A DNA stretch of 64,000 bases, taken from an uncultured Lachnospiraceae bacterium. GTDB lineage: Bacteria > Bacillota > Clostridia > Lachnospirales > Lachnospiraceae. The stretch covers positions 11,355 through 75,354 of the forward strand of contig CAZUGH010000002.1 in NCBI GenBank assembly GCA_964619785.1. The letters run 5' to 3'. Every line of letters begins with the position of its first letter. The first letter of the stretch is position 1. Below, piece by piece: positions 20,501 through 31,820 of this stretch. The notes under the pieces are model-generated. The model searched no databases, was not told where the DNA came from, and was given only the letters and a program-made list of their open reading frames with translations. The translations under genes and the position numbers were made by a program.

Positions 20501-21438
20501 AAGAATTCTCCTTTCTCTTTCCCTTGCCATAAATCCTCACGCTTCATAATTTGATGAAGATGATTCAATACGGCTCGCTTTTTACTACTCCAGGTTGGTG
20601 CCAATAAAAGTGATTTGGGACCATCTCCTGTGAGGCGATGGATTACGATATGTCCCGGTAAATGGGTTAAGGCATCGGTAATCCAGTGGAGATACTCGTC
20701 CTCTGATAATACATGAAGCATGTCAGTATCTAGGTACTTTGCTAAATCAGTACCTTTTAATATATGCAATAGTTGAAGCTTTATGCCATCAATTGGCATG
20801 TCGGCTAGATAATCAATGGTAGCCATCCAGTCATCATAGGTTTCCCCAGGGAGACCTGCGATAACATGAACAACAACTTCAATATTAATGGCTTTCAAAT
20901 CCCTTACAGCCTGTTCGAAAACGGGAAGTGTATATCCCCTTCGGATAAATTGAGCAGTTGACTCATGAATCGTTTGCAAACCAAGTTCAACAATGACAGG
21001 CTTTATCTGATTGCATTCGTCTAGAAGCTCTAACACATCTGGTGGCAGACAATCTGGTCTAGTTGCAATGGATAGCATAACAATCTTCTTGTGTGCAAGA
21101 GCCTCGAGGAAAATGGGCCTCAGCACATCTACTGGTGCGTATGTGTTGGTAAAGGATTGAAAATAAGCAATGAACTTATCTCCAACAGACTTTCTAGAAG
21201 AGAGTCCTTGAATGCCCAAATCAATCTGAGCAGTAATGCTGTCGCAGATAGGAGCGGCAAAGTCACCTGAACCACTGCCACTACAGAAGATACATCCCCT
21301 AGTCCCTAATGTACCGTCCCGATTGGGACAGGTCATATGGGACTCGAGAGAAATTTTATATACTTTTTCACCAAATCGTTGTTTGCATTCATAATCTAGC
21401 GAATGGTAGGGCTTATCACCCCAGTGTTTCGTTTTCAT
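20497..21438 (-). CDS. Radical SAM protein, TIGR01212 (YtqA-like) family
   Basis: CPNRDGTLGTRGCIFC cluster motif near the N-terminus. About 310 aa. Confidence 0.85.
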   Translation of the reverse strand: MKTKHWGDKPYHSLDYECKQRFGEKVYKISLESHMTCPNRDGTLGTRGCIFCSGSGSGDFAAPICDSITAQIDLGIQGLSSRKSVGDKFIAYFQSFTNTYAPVDVLRPIFLEALAHKKIVMLSIATRPDCLPPDVLELLDECNQIKPVIVELGLQTIHESTAQFIRRGYTLPVFEQAVRDLKAINIEVVVHVIAGLPGETYDDWMATIDYLADMPIDGIKLQLLHILKGTDLAKYLDTDMLHVLSEDEYLHWITDALTHLPGHIVIHRLTGDGPKSLLLAPTWSSKKRAVLNHLHQIMKREDLWQGKEKGEFL

Positions 21439-22589
21439 TATTTAATATGTGCCTTGACTGCACTGCTAACCACGTCAGCAACTTGTGGATTGAATGCTTC
21501 AGGCATAATGTTGTCTTCGTTAAGTTCCTCATCTGGAACGAGAGAAGCGATGGCAAGAGCTGCCGCTAACTTCATATCTTCTGTGATTGCTGTTGCACGT
21601 CCTTCTAATGCACCCTTGAAGATACCAGGGAAGGCAACGACATTATTTACCTGGTTAGGGAAATCTGAACGACCAGTTCCGACAACTTTAGCACCGGCTG
21701 CTTTCGCAACATCTGGCATAATCTCTGGAACTGGATTGGCCATTGCAAAGAGGATTCCGTCACGATTCATGGAAGAAACCATCTCAGGAGTTACGATATT
21801 AGGAGCGGATACCCCAACGAAGATGTCGGCACCAACAAAGGCATCAGCTAGTGTACCTTCTTTGCCTTCTAGATTTGTTACTTCCATCATCTCTTTCTGC
21901 ATCCAGTTCAAGTCTTTGGATTTCTTCGATAAGATACCGGACTTGTCACACAGATTGAGTGTCTTAAAACCATAGCGAAGCAGCAATTTTGAAATTGCGA
22001 TACCGGCAGAACCAGCACCATTGACTACAATCTTGCAATCTTCTTTCTTCTTATCAACAACCTTGAGAGCATTGATGATACCAGAGAGAACGACGATGGC
22101 TGTTCCGTGCTGGTCATCGTGAAATACAGGAATATCTAATAGTTCTTTTAAACGTTCCTCAATTTCAAAACAACGAGGAGCAGAGATGTCTTCGAGATTG
22201 ATTCCACCAAAAGCAGGTGCAATATTGACAACCGTTTTGATGATTTCTTCTGTATCCTGTGTATCTAAGCAGATAGGAAACGCATTGACGTCACCAAATT
22301 CCTTAAATAGTACTGCCTTTCCTTCCATAACGGGCATCGCAGCTTCTGGTCCGATGTTGCCTAGTCCAAGAACAGCACTTCCGTCTGAAACAACAGCGAC
22401 TGTGTTAGACTTGATTGTATATCGATAGGCAGCTTCCTTGTCTTTTGCAATTACCTTACAAGGTTCTGCAACCCCAGGAGTATAGGCGATTGCCAAGTCT
22501 TCCCGGGATTTTACTGAACATTTAGGGGTTGTATTAATCTTACCATTCCATTCTTCATGGAGTTTCAAAGCTTTTTCATTAAGTGTCAT
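21438..22589 (-). CDS. NAD(P)-dependent malic enzyme (short form)
   Basis: LAIAYTPGVA, NGSAVLGLGNIG-like motif, and NGAGSAGIAI Rossmann loop. 383 aa. Confidence 0.9.
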   Translation of the reverse strand: MTLNEKALKLHEEWNGKINTTPKCSVKSREDLAIAYTPGVAEPCKVIAKDKEAAYRYTIKSNTVAVVSDGSAVLGLGNIGPEAAMPVMEGKAVLFKEFGDVNAFPICLDTQDTEEIIKTVVNIAPAFGGINLEDISAPRCFEIEERLKELLDIPVFHDDQHGTAIVVLSGIINALKVVDKKKEDCKIVVNGAGSAGIAISKLLLRYGFKTLNLCDKSGILSKKSKDLNWMQKEMMEVTNLEGKEGTLADAFVGADIFVGVSAPNIVTPEMVSSMNRDGILFAMANPVPEIMPDVAKAAGAKVVGTGRSDFPNQVNNVVAFPGIFKGALEGRATAITEDMKLAAALAIASLVPDEELNEDNIMPEAFNPQVADVVSSAVKAHIK

Positions 22590-22672
22590 GATTCCATTCC
22601 TTCCATATATATGTTGTTACCCATATAATAACACGTTAGCCAGAGATTGACAACGGCGAAAAAATTGTTACA

Positions 22673-23932
22673 ATGGTAATACAGAATAAGAAAGGGTTGG
22701 AAAATATGACATTAGAACAAGCGAAGGTGAAACTTGCCAGTCAGAATCAAGAACATGTCTTGAAGTATTATGACCAGCTGAGTCGTGAGCAGCAGGCAGA
22801 GCTTCTTCTGCAGATTGATGCACTTGATTTAGGATTGTTAGACCTGGTTAAAGATGGAGCCAAAGAAGTGGCAAAGGGAAAACTAGAACCATTAGGTGCG
22901 GTGACCCTAGACAAGATTGCGAAGAATCGAGAGCAGTATGAAGCAATCGGACAGGAAGCAATTCGTTCAGGTAAGGTGGGTGCAGTTCTTCTTGCTGGTG
23001 GGCAGGGAACAAGATTGGGACTCGACAAGCCAAAGGGAATGCTAAACGTAGGAGAGAAAAAGGAACTATATTTATTTCAGCAACTTGTGCGTAATCTGAT
23101 GGATGTTGTGGATCAGACAGGAGCCTGGGTTCCACTCTTCGTTATGACGAGCGAGAAGAATAATGAGGATACAGTCAATTTCTTCCAGGAAAATGATTGT
23201 TTCGGCTATCAAAAGGACAAGGTATTCTTCTTTGTTCAGGAGATGGCAGCAGCGACTGATTATCAGGGTAATTATTATTTAGAGGAAAAGCATCGACTAG
23301 CGACATCGCCAAACGGTAATGGCGGCTGGTTCTCTTCCTTAGCGAAAGCTGGATTGCTCGAACAGATTCATAAGCTTGGGGTTGAATGGCTGAATGTATT
23401 TGCTGTGGACAATGTACTCCAGCGAATTGCGGACCCTGTTTTTGTGGGTGCGACGATTGATGCCGGATGCATCTGTGGCTCTAAGGTTGTTGCAAAAGCA
23501 GACCCGAATGAACGCGTGGGTGTTATGTGTCTTGAAGATGGGAAACCATCTATTGTTGAGTATTATGAGATGACAGATGAGATAATTCATTCGAGAGATG
23601 CACAGGGAACACTTTTGTATAATTATGGCGTTATTCTTAATTATCTGTTCCATGTAGAGAATCTTGAGAAGGTAATGAATGAGAATATGCCTGTTCATAT
23701 TGTTGAGAAGAAGATTCCTTACATCAATGAAGATGGGGAACTCGTGAAGCCAGAAGAGGCGAATGGTTACAAGTTTGAGACACTTGTACTTGATATGATT
23801 CGCATGATGGATAATTGCCTTCCGTTTGAGGTGGAACGCAATCGCGAATTTGCACCGATTAAGAATCGTACAGGTGTGGATTCTCTAGAGAGTGCAAGAT
23901 TACTTATGAAGGAAAATGGAATCGAGATATAG
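22673..23932 (+). CDS. UDP-sugar pyrophosphorylase, UDPGP/UAP1 (eukaryotic-type) family
   Basis: LLAGGQGTRLG nucleotide loop, NGNGG, VDNVL. Alternative start at ATG 22706. Confidence 0.8.
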   Translation: MVIQNKKGLENMTLEQAKVKLASQNQEHVLKYYDQLSREQQAELLLQIDALDLGLLDLVKDGAKEVAKGKLEPLGAVTLDKIAKNREQYEAIGQEAIRSGKVGAVLLAGGQGTRLGLDKPKGMLNVGEKKELYLFQQLVRNLMDVVDQTGAWVPLFVMTSEKNNEDTVNFFQENDCFGYQKDKVFFFVQEMAAATDYQGNYYLEEKHRLATSPNGNGGWFSSLAKAGLLEQIHKLGVEWLNVFAVDNVLQRIADPVFVGATIDAGCICGSKVVAKADPNERVGVMCLEDGKPSIVEYYEMTDEIIHSRDAQGTLLYNYGVILNYLFHVENLEKVMNENMPVHIVEKKIPYINEDGELVKPEEANGYKFETLVLDMIRMMDNCLPFEVERNREFAPIKNRTGVDSLESARLLMKENGIEI

Positions 23933-24124
23933 CATGTTTGCCAGGGTTTGACACAATCAGACTCTGGCTTACTATATTTTTATAAGAAGTGGTGTACAAA
24001 TATAATGAAATGATGTATAATAAAATCTACATAATTCAGAATTCATAAGAATTTTCTTTATCAATCTGATCGATATACTCCCAAATAGGAACAACTTCAT
24101 GAAGAAAGAAAGGATAGGTGTTAC

Positions 24125-25483
24125 ATGGATTTAGCATCCAAATCATTAAAAGAATTAAAAGATATGGCAAAAGAACTGGGGATTCGTAATGTGTCTACAC
24201 TACGTAAGCCAGACCTTGTGGATATTCTAACAAGAGCAAATAAGATGACAGAACATAACAAGGTTGAGAAGAGGGAAGAACCAAGGAGAACAAACGAAGA
24301 GTCGAAGCGAACGAATGATCCGACAGAACTTGGTGCTACGGAGATGAAGCAGCTAGATAGTGGAATCATGAAGAGTGGAATTTTGGAGGTTATGCCAGAA
24401 GGATACGGATTTATTCGCTGTGACAACTTTTTACCAGGAGAGAATGACGTCTATGTTGCTCCATCGTTAATTCGCAAGATGGATCTCAGAACAGGTGACA
24501 TCATTCAGGGGAATACGAGAGTGAAGACACAGAATGAGAAGTTTAGTGCACTTTTATATATTAAGACAATAAACGGACATAAGGTAGATGAACTACGACA
24601 TCGTAAGAAGTTTGAAGATTTGACTCCTATTTTCCCAAATGAACGAATTCATTTAGAGACACCTGGAGCAGGTATTTCGATGCGTATGCTTGATTTGATT
24701 TCTCCAATTGGTAAGGGACAACGTGGTATGATTGTATCCCAGCCTAAGACTGGTAAGACAACATTGCTCAAGCAAGTAGCGAAGGCAGTGACGAAGAATT
24801 ATCCGGATATGTATCTCATTGTCTTGTTGATTGATGAGAGACCTGAGGAAGTTACAGATATCAAGGAGTCTATCGAAGGCAAGCATGTAGATGTTATTTA
24901 TTCGACCTTTGATGAGTTGCCTGAGAATCATAAGCGTGTATCTGAGATGGTTATTGAGAGAGCGAAGAGACTTGTGGAGATGGGCGAAGATGTTGTAATT
25001 CTGTTAGATAGTATCACACGTTTGGCTCGTGCTTATAACTTGACGGTTCAACCAAGTGGCCGTACATTATCGGGCGGTCTTGATCCTGCGGCACTTCATA
25101 TGCCAAAGAGATTTTTTGGTGCAGCGAGAAACATGCGTGAAGGTGGAAGCCTAACCGTTCTTGCCACAGCTCTTGTTGATACAGGAAGTCGTATGGACGA
25201 TGTTGTATTTGAGGAATTTAAGGGAACTGGTAACATGGAACTTGTGCTTGACCGTCATTTATCAGAGAAGAGAATTTTCCCTGCGATTGACATTCAGAAG
25301 TCCAGTACAAGAAGAGAAGATTTGTTGTTAGACGCAAGAGAACAGGAAGCCGTATATATTATGCGTAAAGCTCTTGGCGGCTCGCGTTCAGATGATTCGT
25401 TAGAACAGATTACTAATTTGTTTAAGAAAACCAAGAATAACGATGAATTTATTGACATGGTAAAAAAGATTCGGTTGAATTAA
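24125..25483 (+). CDS. rho: Transcription termination factor Rho
   Basis: SAP-like N-terminus, EGYGFIR RNA-binding motif, Walker [19 protein letters not shown]-terminal SSTRRE. Confidence 0.95.
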   Translation: MDLASKSLKELKDMAKELGIRNVSTLRKPDLVDILTRANKMTEHNKVEKREEPRRTNEESKRTNDPTELGATEMKQLDSGIMKSGILEVMPEGYGFIRCDNFLPGENDVYVAPSLIRKMDLRTGDIIQGNTRVKTQNEKFSALLYIKTINGHKVDELRHRKKFEDLTPIFPNERIHLETPGAGISMRMLDLISPIGKGQRGMIVSQPKTGKTTLLKQVAKAVTKNYPDMYLIVLLIDERPEEVTDIKESIEGKHVDVIYSTFDELPENHKRVSEMVIERAKRLVEMGEDVVILLDSITRLARAYNLTVQPSGRTLSGGLDPAALHMPKRFFGAARNMREGGSLTVLATALVDTGSRMDDVVFEEFKGTGNMELVLDRHLSEKRIFPAIDIQKSSTRREDLLLDAREQEAVYIMRKALGGSRSDDSLEQITNLFKKTKNNDEFIDMVKKIRLN

Positions 25484-25491
25484 AAAAAGCC

Positions 25492-25520
25492 TTGCATTTT
25501 TTAAAGTGTCATGCTACAAT
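25492..25520 (+). promoter_or_regulatory. Putative sigma-A promoter of rpmE
   Basis: TTGCAT, 17-nt spacer, TACAAT. Confidence 0.45.
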
Positions 25521-25602
25521 TATAAAGCCTTTTTGAGCAAAGATATGACGAATTTTGTCATGAAGTCATAGAATAAAAATAAGTAGTGAGGTGAATTAGA
25601 TC

Positions 25603-25812
25603 ATGAGAGAAGGAATCCATCCAGAATATTACCAGGCCAAGGTAACTTGCAACTGTGGTAATGAATTCGTAACAGGTTCAACCAATGAGGATATCCACGT
25701 TGAAGTTTGTTCCAAGTGCCATCCTTTCTATACAGGACAGCAGAAAGCTATTTCTGCTCGTGGAGCGATTGATAAGTTTAATCGTAAGTACGGTTTAAGC
25801 CAGGACAACTAA
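25603..25812 (+). CDS. rpmE: 50S ribosomal protein L31 (Zn-ribbon type A)
   Basis: [13 protein letters not shown] ... [10 protein letters not shown]. Confidence 0.95.
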   Translation: MREGIHPEYYQAKVTCNCGNEFVTGSTNEDIHVEVCSKCHPFYTGQQKAISARGAIDKFNRKYGLSQDN

Positions 25813-25891
25813 GAAGACGTACACATAATAGGTTGAGATGTTGAGTCTCAGCCTATTTTTGCATTAATTAAGATTTTTTAGGAGGATGTAC

Positions 25892-27040
25892 ATGAGATCA
25901 TCTGAAATCGGAGGCCAGGCTGTCATCGAAGGGGTAATGATGAAGAACAAGGATCAGTACGCAGTTGCTGTCCGCAAGCCCGATCACCAAATTGAGATTA
26001 AGAAAAGTGAATACAAGAGTCTGAAAGACAAGAGCAAGATATGTTCTTTTCCTATTATTAGAGGTATCGTTGCATTTGTTGAATCCCTGAAACTGGGTAT
26101 GCAGACATTAACATATTCAGCAAGCTTTTTAGAGGAAGAAGAGGAAGCTGCTAAAAAGGAAAAGACCGAAGAAGAGCTTAAGAAGCAAGAAGCCAAGGAA
26201 AATGTTTTGATGGGGCTTACGGTGATGCTTGCCGTTGTCATTGCGATTGCAATCTTTGTTATGCTTCCTTTCTTTGTATCAGAAGCGCTTCGTAAAGTGA
26301 TTCCATCGATTCAACTTCGAGGATTAATCGAAGGTGTTATTCGTGTGGGATTATTTATTGGTTATGTGAAAGCAATTTCGCTGATGCAAGATATTAAGCG
26401 AGTATTTATGTATCATGGAGCAGAACATAAGACGATTAACTGTGTAGAGAATGGACTTGACTTGACGGTCGAGAATGTTCGAGGACAGTCGAAGTGTCAC
26501 AAGAGATGTGGAACTAGTTTTCTGTTAATCGTTATGTTGATTAGTATTTTATTTTTCTTGTTTATTGTAGTAGACAATATGTGGCTTCGTATGGTATTGC
26601 GATTGGTTTTGATTCCGATTGTTGCTGGAGTTGCTTATGAGTTTATCCGCTTGGCTGGAAGAAGTGATAATAAAGTTGTCAATATTTTGAGTAAACCAGG
26701 TCTATGGCTTCAGGGACTTACAACAAGTGAGCCAGATGATGACATGATAGAAGTTGCGATTGCATCTGTAGATGCTGTCTTTGATTGGAAGACCTATGTG
26801 GAAAAAGTCAGAGAAGAAGCTGCGGCCACTCCAGAAGAAGAGGACGAGACAGTAGAAGAGCCTGAGACACCAGAGGAGACTGAGACGCCAGAAGAAGAGA
26901 TGGCGGCAACAGAGGAGTCTACAGAAGTAGAAGATGATTTAGAGATAGTGGGTCTAGAAGAGACCGAAGAAGAGGATGAGATACTAAAGGCACTCGATTA
27001 TGTGTTCACAACACCAGATGATGCCAAGGATAAGGATTGA
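25892..27040 (+). CDS. DUF1385 (YqhQ-like) membrane protein with an acidic C-terminal tail
   Basis: GGQAVIEGVMM, YHGAEHK. Sits in the conserved position upstream of prmC-prfA. ATG 25892 is 6 nt after GGAGG. Confidence 0.8.
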   Translation: MRSSEIGGQAVIEGVMMKNKDQYAVAVRKPDHQIEIKKSEYKSLKDKSKICSFPIIRGIVAFVESLKLGMQTLTYSASFLEEEEEAAKKEKTEEELKKQEAKENVLMGLTVMLAVVIAIAIFVMLPFFVSEALRKVIPSIQLRGLIEGVIRVGLFIGYVKAISLMQDIKRVFMYHGAEHKTINCVENGLDLTVENVRGQSKCHKRCGTSFLLIVMLISILFFLFIVVDNMWLRMVLRLVLIPIVAGVAYEFIRLAGRSDNKVVNILSKPGLWLQGLTTSEPDDDMIEVAIASVDAVFDWKTYVEKVREEAAATPEEEDETVEEPETPEETETPEEEMAATEESTEVEDDLEIVGLEETEEEDEILKALDYVFTTPDDAKDKD

Positions 27041-27046
27041 TTCTCT

Positions 27047-27883
27047 ATGAGATTACGTGAATTATTAGAAGAAGGTACCAAGCAGTTATTATCACACCAA
27101 GTACCGGATGCTAAGATAGATGCCAGTCTGCTATTGTTTTATATATGTGGTATGGATCGAAGTGCTTATTTTATGAAACAAGATGAAGAGGCGACGCCAG
27201 ATGAAATTTGTAGGTATCGACAGCTGATTGAACAAAGATGTCAGCGCATCCCGTTGCAACATCTGACAGGTGAAGCAGAGTTTATGGGGTTGTCTTTTGA
27301 AGTAAATAAGCATGTACTAATTCCAAGACAAGATACAGAGTGTCTTGTGGAGGAAGTGTTGCAAGTATGCAAAGATAGGACTGTGCTTGATCTGTGTACT
27401 GGTTCAGGATGCATAGCAATTAGTATTGCAGCATTGGGAACACCTTCACAGGTGAGTGCAGTGGATGTCTCTCGGGCAGCCTTGCAAGTGGCTGAGAGGA
27501 ATATAGTGAAGAATCAAGTTCAGGTAGAACTGATTGAGAGTGATTTATTTGCAAATTGCCCAGGAAGATTTGACATCCTGGTGTCGAATCCGCCTTATAT
27601 TGAGACGGAGGTTATCGATACCCTAATGCCAGAGGTGAGAGAACACGAACCGATGATGGCACTGGATGGAAGTCCCGATGGGCTTTTCTTCTATCGTAAG
27701 ATTATCTATGAGGCGAGAGAGCATTTGCAAGAGGATGGGCACATTTTCCTAGAGATTGGATATAATCAAGGAGAGGCAGTGTGTGACCTATTAAGAGAAC
27801 AAGGTTTTGAACAAATTGAGTGTAAGAAGGATTTGGGCGGTCTCGATCGAATCGTGATGGCTCGAGTCAGGAAAGGACAGTAG
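27047..27883 (+). CDS. prmC: Release-factor glutamine N5-methyltransferase
   Basis: GTGSGCI SAM loop and NPPY motif. Confidence 0.9.
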   Translation: MRLRELLEEGTKQLLSHQVPDAKIDASLLLFYICGMDRSAYFMKQDEEATPDEICRYRQLIEQRCQRIPLQHLTGEAEFMGLSFEVNKHVLIPRQDTECLVEEVLQVCKDRTVLDLCTGSGCIAISIAALGTPSQVSAVDVSRAALQVAERNIVKNQVQVELIESDLFANCPGRFDILVSNPPYIETEVIDTLMPEVREHEPMMALDGSPDGLFFYRKIIYEAREHLQEDGHIFLEIGYNQGEAVCDLLREQGFEQIECKKDLGGLDRIVMARVRKGQ

Positions 27884-27885
27884 TT

Positions 27886-28959
27886 ATGTTTGATAAATTA
27901 GAGGATCTACTCCTTCGATATCAGGAGGTTTTAGCTGAACTTAGTGAACAAGGAGTGTTAGATGATCAGGATCGCTATCGGAGATTGATGAAGGAACAGA
28001 CAGATCTTGAACCAATCGTAGAAAAGTACAAAGAGTATAAAGAGAAAAAAGCGGGTATCGAAGATAGTCTGGCAATGCTTGAAGAAGAGACAGATGAAGA
28101 GATGCGTGAGATGGCGAAGGAAGAGTTAAATGATTGCAAAGCCAGCATTGAAGTGATTGAAAAAGATTTGCAGATTCTGCTTCTTCCCAAAGATCCTAAT
28201 GATGACAAGAATGTTATTGTTGAGATTCGAGCAGGTGCAGGTGGCGATGAGGCAGCCTTGTTTGCCGCTGATTTGTATCGTATGTATGCAAAGTATGCAG
28301 AGACTCAGCATTGGAAAGTTGATATGATGAGTGCCAATGAAAATGGAATCGGTGGTTTCAAGGAAGTTGTATTCATGATTAATGGACTTGGTGCTTATTC
28401 CAAGTTAAAATATGAGAGTGGGGTACACCGTGTACAACGTATTCCTGCTACTGAGTCCGGTGGAAGAATTCATACCTCTACAGCGACTGTGGCAATTATG
28501 CCAGAAGCAGAAGAGGTTGATGTACAGCTTGATATGAATGATTGTCGTTTTGATGTATTCCGTGCATCTGGTAATGGTGGACAGTGTGTCAATACAACAG
28601 ATTCGGCGGTACGATTGACACATATTCCAACCGGAATCGTTGTTTCATGTCAGGATGAGAAATCTCAGCTTAAGAATAAAGATAAAGCGTTGAAGGTTCT
28701 GCGCTCTCGTTTATACGACTTAGAATGTGCGAAAGCGCATGATGCAGAGGCAGAGGCAAGACGAAGTCAGATTGGTACGGGTGATCGTTCCGAGAAGATT
28801 CGTACTTATAATTATCCACAGGGACGTGTGACAGATCATCGAATCAAGTTGACACTTCATCGTCTCGATGCGATTATTAATGGAGATATTGAAGAAATTA
28901 TCGACAGTTTGATTGCTGCGGATCAGGCAGCTAAGCTGAGTAATATGCAGGAGGCATAG
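27886..28959 (+). CDS. prfA: Peptide chain release factor 1
   Basis: PAT tripeptide (RIPATES) and GGQ ([10 protein letters not shown]). Confidence 0.95.
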   Translation: MFDKLEDLLLRYQEVLAELSEQGVLDDQDRYRRLMKEQTDLEPIVEKYKEYKEKKAGIEDSLAMLEEETDEEMREMAKEELNDCKASIEVIEKDLQILLLPKDPNDDKNVIVEIRAGAGGDEAALFAADLYRMYAKYAETQHWKVDMMSANENGIGGFKEVVFMINGLGAYSKLKYESGVHRVQRIPATESGGRIHTSTATVAIMPEAEEVDVQLDMNDCRFDVFRASGNGGQCVNTTDSAVRLTHIPTGIVVSCQDEKSQLKNKDKALKVLRSRLYDLECAKAHDAEAEARRSQIGTGDRSEKIRTYNYPQGRVTDHRIKLTLHRLDAIINGDIEEIIDSLIAADQAAKLSNMQEA

Positions 28960-28963
28960 GGAG

Positions 28964-30334
28964 ATGCTACTGAAAAAGACGCGTTCTTTAACGACAACGC
29001 AGATAATCATGTTTGGTTTCTTAGGGGCGATTGTGCTAGGGACAATTTTACTATCGCTACCAATTGCTAGTAGCAATGGCGAGGCAACGCCTTTGATTGA
29101 CGCTTTATTTACATCAACCACTTCAGTATGTGTAACGGGATTGGTCGTCGTACCTACATTAACTCATTGGAGTATGTTTGGTCAGGGCGTCATTATGCTG
29201 TTAATTCAGGTGGGTGGACTAGGTGTTATCACATTTACTACGTTAGTACTTTTGTTTATGGGTAAACAGATTAGTTTGAAAGAACGTCTCTTGATACAGG
29301 ACGCTTATAATCTAGATAGTGTTCGAGGTGTTGTAAGACTTACCATTCGGATTGTGAAAGGAACACTACGAGTAGAGGGCGTCGGTGCTGTATTGTATGC
29401 AATTGTGTACATTCCAGCGTATGGTGTTGGACCGGGTATATGGAAGAGCATTTTCAATTCGGTTTCTGCATTTTGTAATGCCGGAATGGATTTGATTGGC
29501 GATTACAGCTTACAACCATTTCAGGGAAATATAATCATCAATGTTACAACGATGGCACTTATTATCCTTGGTGGTTTGGGATTCCCTGTGTGGTGGAACA
29601 TATTAGATGTATTGAAAAAACGAAAGAAGTGCTATATGGGATGGCGCGATGCTGCTCATCATTTCACACTTCATACGAAAATTGTTGTTTCTGTAACGGT
29701 AATATTAATTCTCATCGGGGCAATACTAGTATTTGGATTGGAGTTTAGTAATCCAGCAACTCTTGGCAAGTTATCTATGTTTGACAAGGTTCAAGCATCG
29801 TTCTTCCAGTCTGTGACGACGAGAACGGCAGGATTTTTCACCATTCCACAGGAAAGTCTACGTAATGCTACGGCATTGATTTGCGTCATATTGATGTTTA
29901 TTGGTGGTTCTCCATCAGGAACAGCGGGTGGTGTGAAGACGACTACATTGGGAATCATTCTGTTAGCAGTATATTCGATTACAAGAGGGCGCAAGGATAC
30001 AGAGGCATTTGGACGCAAGATTTCCACATCACTTGTGAAGAAAGCGATGGCGGTATTTACATTAAGTATTAGTGTAATGTTTATATCAATTATTATATTG
30101 ACAATTGTGCAACCAGGAGACTTCTTGGATTTATTATATGAGAGTAGTTCTGCAATTGGTACGGTAGGACTTTCAAGAGCTTTTACAGGAAACTTGAATG
30201 TTTTCGGAAAAATAGTTATAATATGTACTATGTACGCTGGACGAGTTGGACCGATTTCATTAGCATTGTTCTTTAACTCACGTAAATACGTGAATGCTAG
30301 AAGTTTTCCAACGGAGAATATAAGAGTCGGATAA
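28964..30334 (+). CDS. trkH: TrkH/KtrB-family potassium uptake membrane subunit
   Basis: Polytopic protein of about 456 aa with repeated pore-loop G motifs (VTGL, NAGM, TRTAGF, GTVGLS). Confidence 0.9.
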   Translation: MLLKKTRSLTTTQIIMFGFLGAIVLGTILLSLPIASSNGEATPLIDALFTSTTSVCVTGLVVVPTLTHWSMFGQGVIMLLIQVGGLGVITFTTLVLLFMGKQISLKERLLIQDAYNLDSVRGVVRLTIRIVKGTLRVEGVGAVLYAIVYIPAYGVGPGIWKSIFNSVSAFCNAGMDLIGDYSLQPFQGNIIINVTTMALIILGGLGFPVWWNILDVLKKRKKCYMGWRDAAHHFTLHTKIVVSVTVILILIGAILVFGLEFSNPATLGKLSMFDKVQASFFQSVTTRTAGFFTIPQESLRNATALICVILMFIGGSPSGTAGGVKTTTLGIILLAVYSITRGRKDTEAFGRKISTSLVKKAMAVFTLSISVMFISIIILTIVQPGDFLDLLYESSSAIGTVGLSRAFTGNLNVFGKIVIICTMYAGRVGPISLALFFNSRKYVNARSFPTENIRVG

Positions 30335-30363
30335 TGACATATTAGAATGGAGATTAGGGATTC

Positions 30364-31017
30364 ATGAAAAAGAAAGAGTTTGCTGTTATTGGTTTAGGTC
30401 GTTTTGGCAAGACGGTTGCAACTTCATTGGCAAGTTCGGGAGCGCAGGTATTGGTTTTAGACCAGGATGAGAATGCACTTCAGGAAGTATCAGATGCTGT
30501 GACTCATACGATTCGTGGCGAAGCTACAAGTGCAAGTACAATTAATCAGCTCGGTTTAGGTAATTATGATGCTGCTGTTATTGCTATGAGTAGTAATCTA
30601 GAATCCAATGTTATGGCGACTATCCTTGTAAAAGAAGCTGGAGTTCCTTTTATCGTTGTCAAAGCGAAGACGGAATTAGAGGGACGTGTGCTGAAGAAGG
30701 TTGGAGCAGACAAGGTTATCTATCCAGAGAAAGAGACTGGTATGAGACTTGCAAACCATCTGATGCATGATAATTATTTTGAAGCAGTAGAATTGTCAGA
30801 GGAATATAGTATTGTTGATGTAGATATTCCGCAGGACTGGATTGGCAAGAGTTTGAAGACATTGAATATTCGTGCAAAATATGGAGTTAATGTTATCGGT
30901 GTTAAGGGTTCTAGTGAGTTAAATATTAACCCGGCACCAGATGATGTGTTGAAGGAAGATGACGTTTTGATTATGTTAGGACGTAACAATCTTCTCAATA
31001 AATTTACAGGCAGGTAG
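30364..31017 (+). CDS. trkA: TrkA/KtrA potassium uptake peripheral subunit (RCK domain)
   Basis: VIGLGRFG Rossmann loop plus a C-terminal TrkA_C region. Confidence 0.9.
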   Translation: MKKKEFAVIGLGRFGKTVATSLASSGAQVLVLDQDENALQEVSDAVTHTIRGEATSASTINQLGLGNYDAAVIAMSSNLESNVMATILVKEAGVPFIVVKAKTELEGRVLKKVGADKVIYPEKETGMRLANHLMHDNYFEAVELSEEYSIVDVDIPQDWIGKSLKTLNIRAKYGVNVIGVKGSSELNINPAPDDVLKEDDVLIMLGRNNLLNKFTGR

Positions 31018-31022
31018 AAGGA

Positions 31023-31802
31023 TTGATTGAGAGTTCAAGTAATCAACAAATCAAATATCTATTACATGTGAAAAAGAATGGACGCTTCCGCAGGAAAGAG
31101 CAGATTTTCCTCGTAGAAGGTTGGAAGATGGTTGAAGAAGCACTTGGACATGGTTTGGTACAGAGACTATATGTTTCTGAACAACACCAGATGGAGGCAC
31201 AGAATCGTTTTGGTGATGTGACTACGAAGGTGGAGGTCTTGTCGGAAAAGGTGTTTGCAGAGGTATCAGATACCATGACACCACAGGGAGTACTTGCAAC
31301 CGTGAAGATGCCAGAATATCATCTTCAGGACTATCTTAAGAAAGAGAATATTAGCTTTTTATGCCTGGAGGATATAAATGATCCTGGCAATCTTGGAACG
31401 ATGATGCGTACAGCAGAAGGAGCTGGTATGACCGGTGTGATTATGAGTAAAGGCACCGTTGATATATTTAATCCGAAAGTTGTACGAAGCACGATGGGCT
31501 CTCTTTTTCGTGTTCCGTTTTTTTATACGGAAGATTTTTGTGAGGCAATGAATTGTCTTCAAGATGCGAACGTCACTTTATATGCAGCACATCTAAAAGG
31601 AAGTACTGCATACATGCAAGAAAAGTATGAAGGTAATACTGGGATTATGATTGGCAATGAAGCGAATGGTTTATCGGAGGCGGCAACGTCGAAGGCAGAT
31701 TGTCTGGTTCGAATTCCGATGGATGGTCAGTTAGAATCTCTGAATGCGGCAGTTTCTGCTGCTATATTGATGTATGAGGTAAGGCGTAACAGACGGTCAT
31801 AG
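31023..31802 (+). CDS. TrmH/SpoU-family RNA 2-prime-O-methyltransferase
   Basis: DPGNLGTMMRTA, GNEANGLS, LNAAVSAAI SPOUT motifs. TTG start. Confidence 0.85.
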   Translation: MIESSSNQQIKYLLHVKKNGRFRRKEQIFLVEGWKMVEEALGHGLVQRLYVSEQHQMEAQNRFGDVTTKVEVLSEKVFAEVSDTMTPQGVLATVKMPEYHLQDYLKKENISFLCLEDINDPGNLGTMMRTAEGAGMTGVIMSKGTVDIFNPKVVRSTMGSLFRVPFFYTEDFCEAMNCLQDANVTLYAAHLKGSTAYMQEKYEGNTGIMIGNEANGLSEAATSKADCLVRIPMDGQLESLNAAVSAAILMYEVRRNRRS

Positions 31803-31820
31803 TGTCAGAAGGGAGGACAT

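Noticed and set aside
19985-21438. The radical SAM plus DUF4364 pair as a RiPP or novel modification system.
   Set aside because: TIGR01212-type radical SAM proteins with this small wHTH neighbour are a widespread housekeeping-like pair in Firmicutes. There is no precursor peptide or transporter nearby.
23933-24124. The AT-rich 190-nt region upstream of rho as a riboswitch or sRNA.
   Set aside because: No recognisable conserved riboswitch core or stable multi-stem structure was seen. It is probably a promoter and leader region, since rho leaders are often long.
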